This document shows, in pieces, positions 60,347-64,000 of a stretch of 64,000 bases of DNA. The stretch is from Syntrophales bacterium (GTDB lineage: Bacteria > Desulfobacterota > Syntrophia > Syntrophales > PHBD01), in contig OY764159.1 in assembly GCA_963668175.1 (NCBI GenBank), positions 4,160,001-4,224,000 on the forward strand, written 5' to 3'. Positions within the stretch are counted from its first letter, which is position 1, and every line of letters begins with the position of its first letter. The position numbers and the translations under genes are program-made. The notes under the pieces are model-generated. The model had not been told where the DNA came from. It did not search any database and saw only the letters and a list, made by a program, of their open reading frames with translations.

Positions 60347-61066
60347 CTAAATGGCCCTGGCCAGCGTCAGGACGGCGACCTGTTCCGCCCCCGCATCCAT
60401 AAGGCAACGGGCACATTCGCGGAGGGTGCTGCCCGTCGTATAAACGTCGTCGATAAGAATAATGCCGGCCCCTTTGATGTTTCTCGAATCCTTAACCGTG
60501 AAAGCCCCTCGAACATTCGTTTCTCGCTCTTTGCCGCCCAGACTTACCTGAGGTTCCGTATGGCGGAGCCTTCTCAAAGAGATGAAATCCAAAGGAAGGG
60601 CATAACATCTGGACAGTTCCCTGGCCAGAATGACCGACTGGTTAAACCCCCTCTCTCTCAGTTTCTTCTCGTGCAGAGGAACAGGAACGATCAGAGAGTA
60701 GTCGCCGGGATCGAATCCAGGAAAGGAATATGCTGCCATCATGCGCCCCAACATCTGCCCGAGAGCCGTTTCGCGTCCGTATTTGAAGCGATGAACCGCT
60801 TCCAGCAATGTCGCTTTGTATCGTCCTGCCGTCCTTGCCATCACGAATGGGGGCTTGCGGGTGATGCACTCCCCGCAGAGATGGTCCATCGTTCCGTCAT
60901 GTGCGAAGGGCATACCGCAACAACTGCAGAGAGGCGACGATATGAAATCGATTTCTTCAAAACAGGACGGACAGAAAGGGCGGTCGCCTGTGAAGATGAC
61001 CGAGCTGCAGGACACGCAGGACGGGGGAAAGAGCACATCGGAGACGGCTTCTAAAATGCCGCTCAC
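60347..61066 (-). CDS. ComF-family double zinc ribbon / phosphoribosyltransferase protein
   Basis: CxxC pairs, PVPLH, RGFNQS, IDDVYTTG; GTG start overlaps the rsfS stop. Confidence 0.9.
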   Translation of the reverse strand: MSGILEAVSDVLFPPSCVSCSSVIFTGDRPFCPSCFEEIDFISSPLCSCCGMPFAHDGTMDHLCGECITRKPPFVMARTAGRYKATLLEAVHRFKYGRETALGQMLGRMMAAYSFPGFDPGDYSLIVPVPLHEKKLRERGFNQSVILARELSRCYALPLDFISLRRLRHTEPQVSLGGKERETNVRGAFTVKDSRNIKGAGIILIDDVYTTGSTLRECARCLMDAGAEQVAVLTLARAI

Positions 61067-61467
61067 AGCATCATCCCGACATCGAGGGTTTTCAATTCGA
61101 AGATATTCTCGGCCACTTCCATCCGGGGCGCATCGGCCCACAGTTTTTCGATATCGTAAAATTCCCTGACCGGTTCGTAAAAGACATGAACAATGACGTC
61201 GCCGTAATCCATGAGGACCCATTTGGCGTTGCTTTCACCCTCAATCCCGATTGGCAGAAAACCGCTCTTTTTCATCTGCTCCTGGACGGATGCGGCTATA
61301 GCCTGCACCTGCCGATCGGAAGTTCCGCTGCAAACAACGAAATAATCGGCGAATGAAGATACTTCTCTGACTGCGATGACGACGAGATTTTTTGCTTTCT
61401 TATCCAGTGCCGCATTGGCACACAACAAGGCCATACTCCTGGTAACGCCTTCCTCCGTTATGGTCAA
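61063..61467 (-). CDS. rsfS: Ribosome silencing factor
   Basis: DKKA, DYFVVCSG, WVLMDYGDVIVHVF, YDIEKLW; AGGAGG then TTG. Confidence 0.93.
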   Translation of the reverse strand: MTITEEGVTRSMALLCANAALDKKAKNLVVIAVREVSSFADYFVVCSGTSDRQVQAIAASVQEQMKKSGFLPIGIEGESNAKWVLMDYGDVIVHVFYEPVREFYDIEKLWADAPRMEVAENIFELKTLDVGMML

Positions 61468-61744
61468 CAGGCCCTCCTTCTTAATGGAAATATTGAACAA
61501 ATAACGTATTGTTTTCAGTAACAGAAACATTCCCCCGTGTCAATTCTGAATTCGCAGTCCGGAACAACGAAGCCGTCCGGGCGATATTCTTCATAGACAA
61601 CAAGCCTCTTTTTGTGCCATATAACCGGCGCGCATCGCTATACAAACAGCCGCTTGCGAAACGGACAGGTAACGTTCAGAAGCATCTTCGAGACCGTCAG
61701 ACCCGTACCTGACGGGCTATCTCTTATTGACGAGGAGACCGATC

Positions 61745-62434
61745 ATGTTCAGAAGCATTTCCTCTGTTATCGCCGTCATCGGTATATCGATATGGATGAG
61801 TACGAATTTCCCGGCAAGCGCCCTGGCAGCGGACATAAACCTTGGTTTCAAGGCCCGCATCGCCGATGATGTTCTGAACGTCCAAGGAAACGGCGTTCCT
61901 CGGGACGGAGCGAAGAACGCCGCCGAAGCGGCCCGGACAGCCATGGTAGCGGCCATGGTCGATGCCTTAAGGAATCTTGGGGAAGCGGTCCGGCTTGAGA
62001 AGGAACTCATGAAGGAAGCACCGAAAAGATGGTCCCCTGCCGACAAGAAGGAATTTGCCCGGACGGCAAAGCTTTTTTCGCCTTTGCACAGGATCATCAA
62101 AACGACCTGCCAGACGGCCGCAGGCGTTGACGGCAAGTCCCGTTTCGAACGGTGCACCTTCAATTACGGGCCATACAGTCTGCAGAGCAGTACGGACATG
62201 CAGAATAACACGATAACGGCGGACGTCATGACGATGAGAACGCTGGAACATACCGTCAGGATCGTCGATTTCGCAATGGCCTCGTCTGCATGTTCGGATC
62301 TGGCCGAGGTTCTGCCGGACATTATCGGTAAAATGGGATTCCGGATCAACAGCCGGCAACTGCCGGACGGTTCGGCGGAAGTCGATTTGATTTACAGAAA
62401 GACATTGAGAAATGACAACAGCGGCGCACCATGA
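61745..62434 (+). CDS. Secreted hypothetical protein
   Basis: GAGGAG RBS, signal peptide ending ALA; overlaps the next gene. Confidence 0.65.
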   Translation: MFRSISSVIAVIGISIWMSTNFPASALAADINLGFKARIADDVLNVQGNGVPRDGAKNAAEAARTAMVAAMVDALRNLGEAVRLEKELMKEAPKRWSPADKKEFARTAKLFSPLHRIIKTTCQTAAGVDGKSRFERCTFNYGPYSLQSSTDMQNNTITADVMTMRTLEHTVRIVDFAMASSACSDLAEVLPDIIGKMGFRINSRQLPDGSAEVDLIYRKTLRNDNSGAP

Positions 62435-63267
62435 ATCTTGAACCATTCGACAGCATCCAACACGTCCAGATACATATCCCCTTTCATCTTCTCCGGGAAC
62501 GCTACCTGCCCCAGGTGCTGAAGAACCGCTTGCAGCCGGAAATAGGATTCAACTACAGGAACATCGACCGTTACGATAAATCTGACTTTATAGAAACGGC
62601 GAGGCAACTTTCCGATTCAGGATTGAAGGTTACGTTTCACGCCCCATTCCACGATCTGAGGCCGGGAGCGCTGGATTCCAGGATCAGGCAGCTGACGATC
62701 GACCGTCTGAAACAGGTCTTTGAATTGGTACCGTACTATCGCCCCATGACCATTGTTTGCCATCCGGCATTCGATGCGAAATACTATGTATCGGCCGAAG
62801 AGGAGTGGCTCGAAAACAGCGCGGACACGTGGAGGTATTTGCTGTCTCTCGTTGAAGGAACGGACACGATCATCACCCTGGAAAACGTCTACGAAAAAAA
62901 CCCGGAACTCCTGAAGCGCCTGCTTACGGCTGTCCCCTCGCCGCAATTGCGTTTCTGCTTCGACACGGGCCACTTTAACACCTTTTCCAGGGCGCCCCTT
63001 CAAGTCTGGATGAGGGAGATGGCGCCATGGCTCAGCCAGCTTCATATTCACGACAACGACGGATCATCCGACGAACATCTGGCCGTGGGTGAAGGAACCT
63101 TTCCTTTTCCGGAATTCTTCCGGGAAATGCGCCAAGCGAATCTTCTTCCTATCGTAACGATAGAGGCCCATTCCGAAAAGACGCTCCTGAAAACCCTGGA
63201 GAATATCGAAAAAACAGGGCTATTGAAGATGATCCGGCCCTCCGCCGCCGCCGATGCGAAATCATAG
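62431..63267 (+). CDS. Sugar phosphate isomerase/epimerase (AP endonuclease 2 TIM barrel)
   Basis: HAPF, LEN, FDTGH, HIHDN, H...G.G. Confidence 0.85.
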   Translation: MNLEPFDSIQHVQIHIPFHLLRERYLPQVLKNRLQPEIGFNYRNIDRYDKSDFIETARQLSDSGLKVTFHAPFHDLRPGALDSRIRQLTIDRLKQVFELVPYYRPMTIVCHPAFDAKYYVSAEEEWLENSADTWRYLLSLVEGTDTIITLENVYEKNPELLKRLLTAVPSPQLRFCFDTGHFNTFSRAPLQVWMREMAPWLSQLHIHDNDGSSDEHLAVGEGTFPFPEFFREMRQANLLPIVTIEAHSEKTLLKTLENIEKTGLLKMIRPSAAADAKS

Positions 63268-63459
63268 CTTGCTTTGCCGTATCTGAACAGATAAGATTAT
63301 GGAAGCACAGCTTAAGACCGATCATGATACGAAACAACGTGCATGCCTGCAGACAAGATCGGCAAGGCATCCTGCCTCCGGCTTTTTCATGATCCCTATC
63401 GGATTCCGACGGATTGCTATTACAAAAAGATTTTTTGATTGAATGGAAACAGATATATT

Positions 63460-64000
63460 ATGACCTGGGAGCTTATCCTGCCTTTTGTTGAAAAACCGAG
63501 CCGTTATATCGGTACAGAAATTAATGCCGCCAGGAAAGACCGGCAAGCCTGCCGCCTGAGTTTTGCCCTGGCCTTTCCCGACAGCTACGAAGTGGGGATG
63601 TCTCATCTGGGCATCCAGATTCTTTATGCCATCCTGAACAGCCGGCCCGAGATCGTCGCCGAGCGCTGCTACGCCCCCTGGCCCGATATGGAACGCCAAA
63701 TGAGGAGCCACGGCCTTTCCCTGGCATCCCACGAATCCCACACGCCCCTGCACGCCTTCGACGTGGTCGGATTTTCGCTCCAATACGAATTATCTTATAC
63801 CAACGTCCTCAATATGCTGGATATGGGCGGCATTCCCCTGAGAAGCGCGGACCGCACGGAGAATCATCCCTTGATCGTCGCGGGCGGGCCTTGCGCGTTT
63901 AACCCGGCGCCGATGTCGGCCTTTATGGATGCCTTCGTGATCGGCGAAGGGGAAGAGGTCGTACTCGACCTCGCCGACACGGTCATGAAGGAAAAAGCGA
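63460..64000 (+). CDS. B12-binding radical SAM protein (TIGR03960-like), 3'-truncated
   Basis: Read directly from the sequence: VEKPSRYIGTEIN, AFPDSYEVGMSHLG, GFSLQYELSYTN, GGPCAFNP, IGEGEE. Confidence 0.88.
   Translation, partial: MTWELILPFVEKPSRYIGTEINAARKDRQACRLSFALAFPDSYEVGMSHLGIQILYAILNSRPEIVAERCYAPWPDMERQMRSHGLSLASHESHTPLHAFDVVGFSLQYELSYTNVLNMLDMGGIPLRSADRTENHPLIVAGGPCAFNPAPMSAFMDAFVIGEGEEVVLDLADTVMKEKA

Overview
A 64 kb chromosomal window from a GC-rich anaerobic bacterium; gene content suggests a Syntrophales/Smithella-like deltaproteobacterium (inference). It opens with a Wood-Ljungdahl carbonyl-branch cluster: BKACE, a core MetE/MesB-like methionine synthase, cooC, cooS, a single-ORF acsB-acsD fusion, acsC and acsV, with no acsE in the window. 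Next come a sigma54 two-component pair, rarA, an MCP, rmuC, an EmrAB pump, tRNA-thiolation genes and a LysM/SH3 protein. These are followed by an acyl-CoA dehydrogenase / CoA-transferase / acetate-channel block, ddl, znuACB, sodB, radC, trpS-scpAB-rluB flanked by HU/IHF genes, an HD-GYP regulator, a K+ channel-cNMP-GAF sigma54 activator module, a stand-alone fusA and further housekeeping genes. I saw no mobile element, CRISPR array, rRNA or tRNA. The most striking unannotated signals are non-coding. Two candidate sigma54-dependent small RNAs each sit beside an enhancer-binding protein gene with a -24/-12 promoter, palindromic enhancer sites and a terminator; one is a tandem unit with two anti-Shine-Dalgarno hairpin loops. 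A recurring TGGTGGTGT / 'PWWC' tandem leader motif lies upstream of the fatty-acid/acetate genes. All calls were made by eye from the sequence and the ORF track; no database searches were run.
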